Source: an uncultured virus (IMG/VR IMGVR_UViG_3300025936_000004) (taxonomy: Duplodnaviria; Heunggongvirae; Uroviricota; Caudoviricetes). Taken from it: a DNA stretch of 20,000 nucleotides. Position numbers and translations under genes: made by a program. Where the stretch lies: the IMG/VR virus record IMGVR_UViG_3300025936_000004; one strand, given 5' to 3'. Positions 1 through 8,947 of the stretch are shown here, in pieces (position 1 is the first letter of the stretch; the number at the start of each line of letters is the position of its first letter). The notes under the pieces were generated by a model, which did not search any database, was not told where the DNA came from, and saw nothing but the letters and a program-made list of their open reading frames with translations.

Positions 1-897
1 GCCGGCGGCCTCGATCAAGAAGTCACGCCCGTCTACTACAGTAGCAGTCCGCTCCGAGTTCCTCTAACCGCCCTTCTGGCCGCAACTGGCGAACGTTTAT
101 CCCCACGGTCTGACTCTGCGATCCTAAGCCGCTTCGTGCCCGCTTGGGTACGAACACGAAGCCTGGGCGGTGCCCTACTGGCCAGCCTGATGGACGTAGC
201 CGGAGCCGACTGGCGCGTGCTCGATGACGGTACGATCTGGGTGGGAACGGATACTTACCCGGATGTGGTGGTTGATCCCGTCGAAGTCGACACGCTCCAT
301 ACCAATCCGTCCGAGGATCACACAATCCTCACCGGCACACCGATTCCGCCCGTTCGACCGGGCATGACGTTCGAAGGGCACCGCGTTGCGTACGTCGAGT
401 ATCACCTTGGTGAGAACGTACCGGCAGGCGCGGAACTCGACGTCTGGTACGAGCGGGACAACGCCACCACGGATCGCGTCCGGTCTGCGCTGTCTGCGCT
501 GATCCGGCACGAGACGCGGGGCACCGACTATCACAAGCTTTTCTTGGCGCGGGTGCTCTCGCAGTCGGGCAACAAGGTCGATGTATCGCCCGATTCGGGT
601 CGTCTGCCGACGCTTTCGGGCGTGCCGTTGTTTGGGTTTGCTCCGGGGATTGAAGCGACTGTCACGCCTGGTTCAAAGGTGTTGGTGGCCTTCTCTGACG
701 GGGATCCAAGCAAGCCTATCGCGCTACCCGCCTGGGAAAGTGGGAGCACGATCGGGGTGCCGGTCAAGCGCTGCGGTGTTCTCTCGGGCACGGCGCCGTC
801 CAGCGGAGGCCCTGTGACGTTTACCTACGTGGATCCGGATGGCGCAACCCATTCGGGACCATTGGTCGAGCTGAGCGGGAAGATCACTAGTTTGTAG
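1..897 (+). CDS. Phage baseplate hub/spike-like protein (Mu gp44/gp45-like), 5'-partial
   Basis: The frame is open from base 1 (AGGLDQEVTPVYYSSSPLRVPL...), so the ORF-track start at 136 is internal. It contains WRVLDDGTIWVG, then an OB-fold-like spike region (ARVLSQSGNKVDV...PGSKVLVAFSDGDPSKP), and lies upstream of the wedge and J genes. Confidence 0.7.
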   Translation, partial: AGGLDQEVTPVYYSSSPLRVPLTALLAATGERLSPRSDSAILSRFVPAWVRTRSLGGALLASLMDVAGADWRVLDDGTIWVGTDTYPDVVVDPVEVDTLHTNPSEDHTILTGTPIPPVRPGMTFEGHRVAYVEYHLGENVPAGAELDVWYERDNATTDRVRSALSALIRHETRGTDYHKLFLARVLSQSGNKVDVSPDSGRLPTLSGVPLFGFAPGIEATVTPGSKVLVAFSDGDPSKPIALPAWESGSTIGVPVKRCGVLSGTAPSSGGPVTFTYVDPDGATHSGPLVELSGKITSL

Positions 898-1261
898 ACC
901 ACCGAGATCCGACATCATCCTGCATGACTGTATCAATGTGGTTTTCGTCGAGCTGTAGGTTTGCGTCAAACTCCACAAATCGCCCTGATCCATTGCGAGC
1001 ACGCACCCGACATGAAGACTCCCACCACATCCATGTTTGCCACGGTGCACCGAAATTGTCGCCGCGCCTTGGCTCGGTGCACGAGATGACTCTTACGCCT
1101 CGCGGATCCTTTAGGTTCTCTCGCTCATAAGTAAGCAGCTGTCGCATGATCTGCCGTACGGTCAGCGGCCGTATGTCTTCATAGAGAATATTGGTCACGC
1201 CGTCGGCCATCACGTTTACAGAGAATAGCAGCACCATACAGACTGGTATTATCACTTTCAC
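887..1261 (-). CDS. Hypothetical secreted protein (moron-like cargo)
   Basis: 124 aa with a signal-peptide-like N-terminus (MKVIIPVCMVLLFSVNVMA/D) and two Cys in the mature part. It is co-oriented with and downstream of the TA pair, and its stop overlaps the end of the spike gene. Confidence 0.6.
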   Translation of the reverse strand: MKVIIPVCMVLLFSVNVMADGVTNILYEDIRPLTVRQIMRQLLTYERENLKDPRGVRVISCTEPRRGDNFGAPWQTWMWWESSCRVRARNGSGRFVEFDANLQLDENHIDTVMQDDVGSRWSTN

Positions 1262-1383
1262 TTACTCACCCATGCCGCGACCGCAGCGCATCGGATCGCC
1301 TAAAGCCGTCATACGGAAGGCTTCATTGGCTATTCCCTTCCCGGCCTAGGCAATCGGCGCGAATGGCTCAGAACTTGAGCCGG

Positions 1384-1722
1384 CTACCGTGACCGCTTGG
1401 CCGCAGCCCTCTTGGGGACTTGCTTGCTACGAGTGCCCTTGTCCCGCACATGCACTTCTAGTCGCATACCAAGGGCATCCGAGGCCTTCACCATGGTCGC
1501 AAGGGTTACCCCGGTGTCATTCGGATCCAAGAGTCGGTTGATCACGGTTCGGCTCGTGGCCATACGATCCGCAAGAGCCTTCTGAGAGACGTGCTTGAGT
1601 TCCATGGACCTGCGGAACTGCTCGGCAAGGATCTTCTTGCTAGCCAGCGTTTGCACTTCGCCGAGCTCGCCGAGCTCTTCAAAGAGCGATTCAAGGCTTG
1701 AGCCAATGTGCTTGTTTTTCAT
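1384..1722 (-). CDS. XRE-family HTH antitoxin (HigA-like)
   Basis: N-terminal KHIGSSLESLFEELG motif and an HTH (VSQKALADRMATSRTVINRLLDP...VTLATMVKASDALG). ATGA overlap with the upstream toxin at 1719-1722. Confidence 0.9.
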   Translation of the reverse strand: MKNKHIGSSLESLFEELGELGEVQTLASKKILAEQFRRSMELKHVSQKALADRMATSRTVINRLLDPNDTGVTLATMVKASDALGMRLEVHVRDKGTRSKQVPKRAAAKRSR

Positions 1723-2069
1723 CGCTTCCCCTTCACCTTCTTGAGCCGTTCCTTGGCCGTCTTGAGCTCACCGGCCGGCGTCGCTTGGGTCTTCTTTTGA
1801 AAGCCGTGCAGCGCCACAATCGTGGTGCCTTCGACGCAGAAAAACAGTCGGTACTCACCGCACGCAGCCGTGGTTCGAAGCTCGTGCAGGCCCCCTCCTA
1901 GCGATCGGACGCGCGGCATACCCGTCGGCCAGAACGCCTGCACGTACAGCATGTCTGCTCCGATTTCGTGCCGCGCTTCTCTCGGAAGCCCACGAACCCA
2001 CTCCCGGGCGGGTTCGTTGCCGGTCTCGCTTCGGTACCAAGCACACGTGAACTTGCGCGCTGTGGGCAC
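1719..2069 (-). CDS. RelE/ParE-superfamily toxin (phage Gp49/DUF891-like, HigB-type)
   Basis: Motifs WYRSETGNEPAREW, GMPRVRSLGGGLHELRT, EYRLFF and LHGFQKKTQATP are typical of Gp49-like RelE toxins. Toxin-first gene order. Confidence 0.9.
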   Translation of the reverse strand: MPTARKFTCAWYRSETGNEPAREWVRGLPREARHEIGADMLYVQAFWPTGMPRVRSLGGGLHELRTTAACGEYRLFFCVEGTTIVALHGFQKKTQATPAGELKTAKERLKKVKGKR

Positions 2070-2104
2070 ATTCTATGTGTACCTTTTTCGGTACACCTTG
2101 TCAA
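2070..2104 (-). promoter_or_regulatory. Sigma70-type promoter with operator for the TA operon (leaderless)
   Basis: On the minus strand: TTGACA (2104-2099), 17-nt spacer, TACACA (2081-2076), 6 nt, then GTG. A perfect inverted repeat GTGTACC-N6-GGTACAC (2077-2096) overlaps the spacer and -10. Confidence 0.8.
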
Positions 2105-2111
2105 GTGACCA

Positions 2112-2504
2112 ATGACCGTTGACTTCGGCACAGATCTTTCCCTGCAGGACGATGTCAGTCCTGAGTTCCCGGAGGTTACCGGGCTCGACGTACTCAAAGA
2201 GGCTTGCGTGCGTCGTCTTTCGACTCCGCAAGGCGATCTCTTTTATGACCCGGCCTACGGATACGACCTCACCGGGATGCTCTCGGACTCGTACACGCCG
2301 AGCGACATCGCTCGCATGCAAACGGACATCGTTCGGCAGCTCGAGCTGGACGAGATGATCGATGGCGCAAGCTGCACGGTCAGCAACGTGACGTTTGAGT
2401 CAATGAACGTCGACATTCTGATTCGGACTGCATTGGGGCCTTTCTCGATGACTCTCGAGATCAACAACGTGTCCGTGAAAGTGTTGCAGGCGTTCAGTGG
2501 CTGA
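2112..2504 (+). CDS. Baseplate wedge protein (gp25/gpW/gp46-like)
   Basis: Motif RRLSTPQGDLFYDPAYGYDL...IVRQLELDEMI; lies directly before baseplate J. Confidence 0.8.
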   Translation: MTVDFGTDLSLQDDVSPEFPEVTGLDVLKEACVRRLSTPQGDLFYDPAYGYDLTGMLSDSYTPSDIARMQTDIVRQLELDEMIDGASCTVSNVTFESMNVDILIRTALGPFSMTLEINNVSVKVLQAFSG

Positions 2505-3666
2505 TCCGACCCTTCGTGACCTACTCGGGTCTGACAATGAAGATGATGCGCTCACCTTCCTTCTGACGCAGCTAGCCAGCATTGGGTTTCCGACCGTCAA
2601 TTGGCAATCCGGGCGTGTCATCCACACCCTGCTCAAGGCTTTTTCACGAGCCCTTGCGGTGGGCAGTGGCCTTCTGCGCGATATCACGGCCGGTGGGCTG
2701 CTCAAGCTCTCCACGAGTGGATGGCTCACGCTCCTTGCGGACTGGTATAGCTCGCCCGCCGCCCCGGTTGCTCGATTCCCTGCGACCTTTGCGCAAGGTC
2801 AGATTCTGCTCAACGTCTCAATCGGCAACGGTCCGTACCCGCTCGATCCGGGTCAAGTGATTGTGCAGGAGTCGGTTGCGAAGCATCGATACCTCAGCAT
2901 CAATCCCATCAGCGTTACCCTGCCCGCTGGCCCCAGCAACACGATCGTTCCGTTCATTGCCGAGAATCCGGGCTCTGCATTCAACGTCAGTCCTGATACC
3001 GGGCTTACCCTGGTCACGCCACTACCCGGCGTGACTGCTTCGTTTTACGTACCTTCGGGCAGCAATTCTTGGCTCATGACCCAAGGTACCGACGAAGAAA
3101 CTGACGCGTCACTGCAGACTCGTTGCCGCGCCAAGTGGGGAACCGTCGGGTTTCTCAAGCCCGCAGACGGCTACCTGTTTCTGGCCATCAACACGCCAGG
3201 CGTTGGCACCAAGCCCACCAAGACGGTCGTTCGAGATGACAACCCGCGCGGTCCCGGTACGGTCGATATCTGGCTTGCGGCGGGTGACGGGCCGATTCCG
3301 ACAGCCGACGAGACGCTTGTTCGCAACTACTTACTCTCGCTTGCCAATCCAACGGCCGATCTGCAGGTTCAGAACGCCACCGGTGTGACCGTCAACGTGT
3401 CTGCCACGCTGTATTACGGCAGCGCGTTCTCTACGGCCGTGGCCACGGCAACCGATGGCATCGTGGGGCTCATTCAGTTTATGGCCATCGGCGGCACGTT
3501 GGGCCTCGACGACGTGATCAAAGTCCTGAAGGACACGCCCGGTCAGATCAAGGTGCCGATTCCCTCGGTGCTGATCAACGGGATCAATGACGATCTCACG
3601 ATCGGGGACAATGAAGTCGCAGTGGTGGGCACGATTGCCATTACCGGCGTAGTGGTTCAGCAATGA
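2497..3666 (+). CDS. Baseplate J/gp47-family protein
   Basis: 389 aa with AENPGSAFNV, GTDEETDASLQTRC and NPRGPGTVDIWL motifs. Confidence 0.9.
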   Translation: MADPTLRDLLGSDNEDDALTFLLTQLASIGFPTVNWQSGRVIHTLLKAFSRALAVGSGLLRDITAGGLLKLSTSGWLTLLADWYSSPAAPVARFPATFAQGQILLNVSIGNGPYPLDPGQVIVQESVAKHRYLSINPISVTLPAGPSNTIVPFIAENPGSAFNVSPDTGLTLVTPLPGVTASFYVPSGSNSWLMTQGTDEETDASLQTRCRAKWGTVGFLKPADGYLFLAINTPGVGTKPTKTVVRDDNPRGPGTVDIWLAAGDGPIPTADETLVRNYLLSLANPTADLQVQNATGVTVNVSATLYYGSAFSTAVATATDGIVGLIQFMAIGGTLGLDDVIKVLKDTPGQIKVPIPSVLINGINDDLTIGDNEVAVVGTIAITGVVVQQ

Positions 3667-4376
3667 CCTTTGAAGAGTGGTTCGCCGGGAAAGTGTCTCC
3701 CGGAACGGTTCCGCTTGTTCCGGGTTGGCTGCGGCAGAAGTTCAGCAAGGCCTTTTTGTCTGTGATCGGCTTCTCGCTGGATCTTCTCACGAGATACACG
3801 CGCGCGGCCGTCACATATCGGATGCCCAGCTACGCACCGAGCGATGTGTTGCCCTACGTGGGAGACGGTCGATCCATTGATCGATACTTTGCCGACACGG
3901 ATGCGACCTACCGAGAGCGCGTCAAGGCCGCATGGGATCTGTGGTTCGAAGCCGGATCGAAACAACGCTTGATTGACTGCATGCTCGAACAGGGCTTCGA
4001 GAACGTTCGCGTGTATTCCTACAACGACCTGGGCGGCAACGTTCCCGATCCCTGGGCCGGCTGGTTCAGCGCGTTCTGGGTTTTCGTAGGCCCCCCAACC
4101 GATGTCACCGCACCAGGCGTCTGGGGCACAGGGACGTGGGGCGGAACAGTACCGGGGCACCATGGCGCGCCGGACGGTCCACGCGTCTGGGGCGCAAGCG
4201 GGATCAACTCGTATGAAGTCGAGCAGTTCCGCAAAGCGATTCGCAAATGGAAGGTCACCCACGAGATCTGCGCAGAGGTTGTCTTCTGCAGCGGACGGAT
4301 CTGGGAGCCCGTCCCGGCATGGGGCGACGGCGTATGGGGCGGAACTGAGTCGGTAAGGCTCCGCGGAATTCCGTAG
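3663..4376 (+). CDS. Baseplate/tail protein I (gp48-like)
   Basis: ATGA-coupled to J. Contains LPYVGDGRSIDRY..DTDATYRERV and Trp-Gly repeats (VWGTGTWGG, AWGDGVWGG). Confidence 0.7.
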   Translation: MTFEEWFAGKVSPGTVPLVPGWLRQKFSKAFLSVIGFSLDLLTRYTRAAVTYRMPSYAPSDVLPYVGDGRSIDRYFADTDATYRERVKAAWDLWFEAGSKQRLIDCMLEQGFENVRVYSYNDLGGNVPDPWAGWFSAFWVFVGPPTDVTAPGVWGTGTWGGTVPGHHGAPDGPRVWGASGINSYEVEQFRKAIRKWKVTHEICAEVVFCSGRIWEPVPAWGDGVWGGTESVRLRGIP

Positions 4377-4392
4377 TCGAGAACAAACTAGC

Positions 4393-5844
4393 ATGGGCTT
4401 AAGGCAATACTGGCCAGCACACTTCGTGGTCGAGGGGGAAGTTCTCAAGATCAACCCCGAGATTCTCACGATCGTGTCGGGCGGGTCGTTTATCAACCCG
4501 ATCACCGTCACGGTCACCGACGCGGGCAACGCTGGGCTCAATACCCTTGCCACTCTCACAGCGCGTCGCACGAGTCCCGGGACGGGTTTCGGTGAGTCGA
4601 TCCTATTCCGGCTCGATGATTCGCTGAACATCATCGCGGACGCCGCAGCAATGGATGCGCTGTGGGAAAGTGCGACGTCCGGATTTGTTTCCAGCGCGAT
4701 CGCGTGGCGCACCCGAGATACAGGCACTCCACTTGCCGAGCGTATGCGGCTCACGAGCAAGGGAGCGCTTGCGATCGGCACGCTCTCTCCAGACCCAAGC
4801 GCAAAGCTGCAGATCGACAGCACCACGCGCGGCATTGCGCCGCCGCGGATGAGCTCGACACAGCGCAATGCCATTGCGTCCCCGCTTACCGGTCTCATTG
4901 TCTACAACCTCACGACCGGCAAGATCTCACAGTTTAACGGGACCAGCTGGGAGGACGTTGGTGTTACCGGACTTGGCGCCGGCGACGAAGCCCACTTCGG
5001 CATCGAGCCAAGCGTTGGCACGACGTTCGGCGCGGCGGGTTTGTACTTCCGTTACAACCTATCCCTGTACGGTCGCAACGAGGCAAACAACACCTCGATT
5101 CCCATCCTCACGCTAGACTTCAGTACCGCGACGGGCAACAACTTCACGCTCGGCAACCTCACCGGGAACCTGACGGCGAAGTATCAGTCTGGCTCACGCG
5201 CGAACTCTGGCAAGCATACGTGGCAGTCCGGATCATCGACGATTCTCGCGGACCTTGATGATGTCCGGCACGGCATCAAGGTCCCGATGTACCTCACGGA
5301 TGGTGCGCTGGCAGATCCCGCGGCCGCAGCCATCCTCGAGCTCAACACCACGACCAAGGGACTACTACTCCCACGGCCGACGACCACACAGCGCAATGCG
5401 ATCTCGACGCCGCCAGACGGCCTAATCGTCTACGACTCGACGCTGAACAAGACGTATATCCGCGCAGGCGGAGCGTGGGTCTTTATCGGCGACAACCCGT
5501 TAAACATCGGCGTCGCTGGCAGCACTACAAACTACTTTGGCGCGACGGCCATCGGTGATTACGAGACGATCGCCGGCAATGTGATCGCAGACCCGACGAA
5601 GACCTGGCACTTCGTAAACTCCACGGCAGACCGCGCAATCACACTGCCTGCCGCCTCGGGCCTGTATCACGTGCACGTGTTTCAAGACATTACGAACTCA
5701 GCAGGGACGCATCCGAGTACGTTTGACGTGCAGTCCTCTGGAACGATTGATGGCAACTCCACGGCCGTCATTGCAGACAATCGTTACGTACGCATGTTCA
5801 CCAAGGTCTCTCTTTCGCCGGCTCAGTGGACTCTTGCCGGTTAG
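4393..5844 (+). CDS. Tail fibre/adhesin-like protein with a duplicated module
   Basis: Gly/Thr/Ser-rich. Contains ERMRLTSKGALAIGT and two copies of a roughly 58-aa module (A.L.(I/L).(S/T)TT(R/K)G...PR..(S/T)TQRNAI..P..GLIVY). Confidence 0.7.
   Translation: MGLRQYWPAHFVVEGEVLKINPEILTIVSGGSFINPITVTVTDAGNAGLNTLATLTARRTSPGTGFGESILFRLDDSLNIIADAAAMDALWESATSGFVSSAIAWRTRDTGTPLAERMRLTSKGALAIGTLSPDPSAKLQIDSTTRGIAPPRMSSTQRNAIASPLTGLIVYNLTTGKISQFNGTSWEDVGVTGLGAGDEAHFGIEPSVGTTFGAAGLYFRYNLSLYGRNEANNTSIPILTLDFSTATGNNFTLGNLTGNLTAKYQSGSRANSGKHTWQSGSSTILADLDDVRHGIKVPMYLTDGALADPAAAAILELNTTTKGLLLPRPTTTQRNAISTPPDGLIVYDSTLNKTYIRAGGAWVFIGDNPLNIGVAGSTTNYFGATAIGDYETIAGNVIADPTKTWHFVNSTADRAITLPAASGLYHVHVFQDITNSAGTHPSTFDVQSSGTIDGNSTAVIADNRYVRMFTKVSLSPAQWTLAG
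4789..5490 (+). repeat. Intragenic protein-level repeat, two copies (about 4789-4962 and about 5311-5490)
   Basis: PDPSAKLQIDSTTRGIAPPRMSSTQRNAIASPLTGLIVYNLTTGK versus ADPAAAAILELNTTTKGLLLPRPTTTQRNAISTPPDGLIVYDSTLNK. Both DNA copies share ACACAGCGCAATGC. Confidence 0.8.
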
Positions 5845-5847
5845 CTC

Positions 5848-7053
5848 ATGATCCCGGTAATCGCCGCAAACGGCTGGAGACGGGTCGAGACCGTTTTCGA
5901 GGTCGACTGGACGAACAAGGCTCCGGGTGTCGGTTCGATGACTGGAACCGGCACGCTGTATGAGCGGCTATCCTCGCAATACACGGTACAAACCAGCCCC
6001 ACGACCGTCTCGACTGATTCCGGACTTTCGAGCTCGAGCAGTGTTCCGGTTGGCAAGAACAACACGTCACCCGGGCTGGTGATCGATGAAGCGAGAACGT
6101 CCGTCGTCTCAAACAACCGAGACGTTTCCGCGTGGACCAATGGCGGCGGCGGCACGGTTACGGCCAATGCTACAGCGGGACCAGATGGCAGCATTCTCGC
6201 AGACCGCTCTCAGACAACGAGCGGCAACCCCGGTTATCACCTAGGCTATGGGCGCCCAGGCGGGATCACGCAAACGATCTCGATTTGGCATAAAGCGGGT
6301 TCAGTTGGCGCGACGTCTCAGATCACAAATGACACGGGCGGCGTCACGTTTCAGATTCTGTTTGCTGGAACCGCGCCTACCAACTGGACGCGAGCCACGT
6401 ACGTCAATACAGGTGGCGCAGGCAGCACGGGCCCTATTCTACGTGGTGCGGATGGTAACAACCGAACGAGTAGCGGCGGACTGGGGGCTGGTGCCAGGGA
6501 TACGTATCTAGATCTCCTTGACATCCAGGGTAGCGCAGCAAGTGCGTTTTTCCCCACTGAAACCATTCTCGGTGCTGTTACTCGCGCTGCTCCTCGCTGG
6601 TATCGCAACGTCGGCAACACCTGCTTGGCTGAAGACGGAAGCCTTCGCTGCTACATCGAATGTGAGCCCAAGGGCGCATTCAATGAATACAGCGCGGATA
6701 TGACGCTGTGGTACATCGATGCCAGCAACAACTGCGTCATCGACAATGCCACCCAAGCGGTCAAGATCACGATCGGCGGCACGCTCTATACGACACCCAA
6801 TACGATGAGCTGGGCACGCGAGGATCGCTTGCGGATCTTTGTCTGTGTCGGCGGTGGGCAAGTCACAAGCGTGCAGTATGCCGTGAACGCCAGCTCACCG
6901 GTCCGCATTAGCACCGGCAGCCCGCCCACGTTTGGAGCCCTGATGATTCCGGGCACGCTAGACTTTTTGCAGTCGAACAAGGCGAAGGTCTTCTCGGCTC
7001 GAATCCAGCGATTGCGTTTCTACAAGTACAACAAGAAACCTTCTGACTTCTAG
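5848..7053 (+). CDS. Virion fibre/spike protein with putative carbohydrate-binding (concanavalin/LamG-like) regions
   Basis: GLVIDEARTSVV...AWT and FPTETILGAVTRAA resemble the GLLIEE.RTN and SYIPT...VTRAAD signatures of phage head-spike/fibre proteins. The C-terminal half is beta-rich. Confidence 0.65.
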   Translation: MIPVIAANGWRRVETVFEVDWTNKAPGVGSMTGTGTLYERLSSQYTVQTSPTTVSTDSGLSSSSSVPVGKNNTSPGLVIDEARTSVVSNNRDVSAWTNGGGGTVTANATAGPDGSILADRSQTTSGNPGYHLGYGRPGGITQTISIWHKAGSVGATSQITNDTGGVTFQILFAGTAPTNWTRATYVNTGGAGSTGPILRGADGNNRTSSGGLGAGARDTYLDLLDIQGSAASAFFPTETILGAVTRAAPRWYRNVGNTCLAEDGSLRCYIECEPKGAFNEYSADMTLWYIDASNNCVIDNATQAVKITIGGTLYTTPNTMSWAREDRLRIFVCVGGGQVTSVQYAVNASSPVRISTGSPPTFGALMIPGTLDFLQSNKAKVFSARIQRLRFYKYNKKPSDF

Positions 7054-7064
7054 AGGTTCATCTT

Positions 7065-7886
7065 ATGTCGCACGACATTACTCCGGTCAACGAGTTCACC
7101 GCAGACGTCACGGTACCCGACAACGGTGACGCTCTCGACGCTGGGGGCGTCGACGATGCATTCCAGGCGGTGACGAACCGAACCGTCTATCTGAACGACC
7201 AAAAGAACCTCACAAACCTCGCGGTCACGACGCTCAAAAACGGGTTCGCGGGACTTCTGATTGGCGCCAGGAACGCAGCTAGCTCCGACGGTACACATAT
7301 CACCGTTGAGGGCTTTCAGAAGATGTACATCGGTAACGTCCCTTTCGACGCGCAGGCTGCAGCCACGGTTGCGCCTGGGTCTGATTCCAACGACACCTGG
7401 CACTATCTCTACGGATACGAGAGTCTCGGCCTGATCGCCTACGAGCGCTCGACCACGGGCCCTGATGCCAGCCGGACGTTCAAGTCAGGCGACGCCACGC
7501 GAGTGTATATCTGCAGTTACTACGTCGATGGTAGCGGGAATATTCGGCCGTTCTTCAAACACGCGAACAAGGTCACGTGGCGGCGATCGAAGATTAGCGA
7601 TTATGTCATCGCCACTGCGACGCCCAGCACTTACACCGACCAGAGTCTATCCGCTTGGATGCCCTCACACTCGTACATGGCTACTCTCGAATGCATCTAC
7701 GTTGACAGCGCAGGCACTGCGAAGTTTAGAACGAATGGCGACACCACAAACCTAACCAAAGCGGTAGGAGCCGGGTCGGTCCAGGAGTTTAATATTGAGA
7801 CCGATGGTTCTCAGGTAATTGAGTACAAGCTCGAGGGCGCCAGCTCACCAGTCTTCGCCATCCAAGCTGTCGGTTACTACGAGTAA
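7065..7886 (+). CDS. Tail fibre-like protein (baseplate-anchoring N-terminus)
   Basis: The N-terminus VTVPDNGDALDAGGVDDAFQAVTNRTVYLN resembles fibre anchor segments. RBS GAGGT upstream. Confidence 0.6.
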   Translation: MSHDITPVNEFTADVTVPDNGDALDAGGVDDAFQAVTNRTVYLNDQKNLTNLAVTTLKNGFAGLLIGARNAASSDGTHITVEGFQKMYIGNVPFDAQAAATVAPGSDSNDTWHYLYGYESLGLIAYERSTTGPDASRTFKSGDATRVYICSYYVDGSGNIRPFFKHANKVTWRRSKISDYVIATATPSTYTDQSLSAWMPSHSYMATLECIYVDSAGTAKFRTNGDTTNLTKAVGAGSVQEFNIETDGSQVIEYKLEGASSPVFAIQAVGYYE

Positions 7887-7889
7887 GTC

Positions 7890-8255
7890 ATGGCAAACCG
7901 CATTCCCATTCAAACGCCGCTCGCCTTCACGCAGGGCGAGACGTTCGTTACCAAAAAGTACTTTCCCGTCGATGAAGACAACGTTGCCTTCGATCTCACG
8001 GATGCCACAGCCCACATGCAAGCACGCGCAAGCGCGTCTGCCTCGTCGGCTGCAGTGGATTGGACCGAGAGCACCGGCGTTGAGCTCGATGATGCCGACA
8101 ACTCGTTTCGGCTCAACGTCGATGAAGCCGCTACCGCGCTCATTGCCGCAGGCACGTACGTGTTTGACCTGTTCATCCAGCTCGCGGGCGGTCGCAGGAT
8201 TCTCGCAATGAGCGGGACGCTGACCGTCAAAGACGCCGTTACCGACTACCCGTAG
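7890..8255 (+). CDS. Small virion-associated/baseplate-upper-like protein
   Basis: The pattern QGETF...FDLTDATAHMQAR...AGTYVFDLFIQ...ILAMSGTLTV..VT is common next to phage fibre genes. Confidence 0.65.
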   Translation: MANRIPIQTPLAFTQGETFVTKKYFPVDEDNVAFDLTDATAHMQARASASASSAAVDWTESTGVELDDADNSFRLNVDEAATALIAAGTYVFDLFIQLAGGRRILAMSGTLTVKDAVTDYP

Positions 8256-8312
8256 TCGGCACCCCAAAAGACCAACCGCACACAACGGGCATTGAGCCCG
8301 ATCGGTTAAGCT

Positions 8313-8675
8313 ATGCCTACACTCCGTCAGATTTACGCGCTGAGTTCCTACACGCCGCTCATTGAGCAGGTGCAAGTTGCCTTGCTCGAGCAGGCCAATT
8401 ACGTGCTCTCGTTGCCTAGTCCTCCCGCAGAAAGCCTGATGTTCGCGAAGGCTGTGCGGGACGCTACGTACCAATTCAACGACCGGTTCGCCAAGCAGTG
8501 CGCCTTGAACGGGGACGTTCAGGCCAAGTTCACCTTTGGCATACAGAACGGCAGCCCCGTCGTCTTGACCATGGCGAGCGAGGGAGATGCCAACACCCCA
8601 GGCGACTTGAACTATCTGGTCAAGTACGTGATCGGCGTAACCTGGGACGGATTCGCAGGCGTACCACCGGCCTGA
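8313..8675 (+). CDS. Hypothetical phage protein
   Basis: 120-aa ORF that fills the operon; its TGA overlaps the next ATG. Confidence 0.65.
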   Translation: MPTLRQIYALSSYTPLIEQVQVALLEQANYVLSLPSPPAESLMFAKAVRDATYQFNDRFAKQCALNGDVQAKFTFGIQNGSPVVLTMASEGDANTPGDLNYLVKYVIGVTWDGFAGVPPA

Positions 8676-8947
8676 TGATGCGCCGCGCGCTTGACTTGTG
8701 GCTCCTGGTCTTCGCGTTGAGCTGTCGCCAGCGCGTGCTGTCTTACGATGCTGGCCTTCAGCATGTTCCAGCCTTCGCCGCACCCGCTGATGTTCCGGTT
8801 GTCGCGGAAGTTGCCGACGCGATGCCGACTGACTTCTGGTGCTACGTCCACACGACCGAGATCTTCTGCTTCACCGGACCCGACGCGCTGAACCGATGCG
8901 AAGACGATCCCAATCGCCCCAACGAGGCGCCATGCGCACCCTTCTAG
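8675..8947 (+). CDS. Putative small Cys-containing lipoprotein
   Basis: Start reassigned to the ATG at 8675 (TGATG coupling). MMRRALDLWLLVFALSC looks like a lipobox; four more Cys near the C-terminus. Confidence 0.55.
   Translation: MMRRALDLWLLVFALSCRQRVLSYDAGLQHVPAFAAPADVPVVAEVADAMPTDFWCYVHTTEIFCFTGPDALNRCEDDPNRPNEAPCAPF

Noticed and set aside
3657..4898. 413-aa minus-strand ORF, and similar long antisense ORFs such as 7845..8783 and 11476..12060
   Set aside because: They are antisense shadows of well-supported + strand genes, which is common in high-GC DNA, and carry no recognisable motifs.
4393..7886. Diversity-generating retroelement or invertible tail-fibre cassette
   Set aside because: There is no reverse transcriptase or invertase in the window and no adenine-specific TR/VR pair. 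The fibre repeat is a diverged protein-level duplication.
1..8255. Tailocin, eCIS or T6SS instead of phage
   Set aside because: The adjacent homing-type HNH genes, small early-type ORFs and HTH switches favour a phage or prophage. Capsid genes are outside the window, so this is not fully excluded.
8256..8312. Hairpin AACCG...CGGGC-attga-GCCCG..CGGTT before the 8313 gene
   Set aside because: The stem is short and has no U-tract; it cannot be told apart from chance structure in GC-rich DNA.
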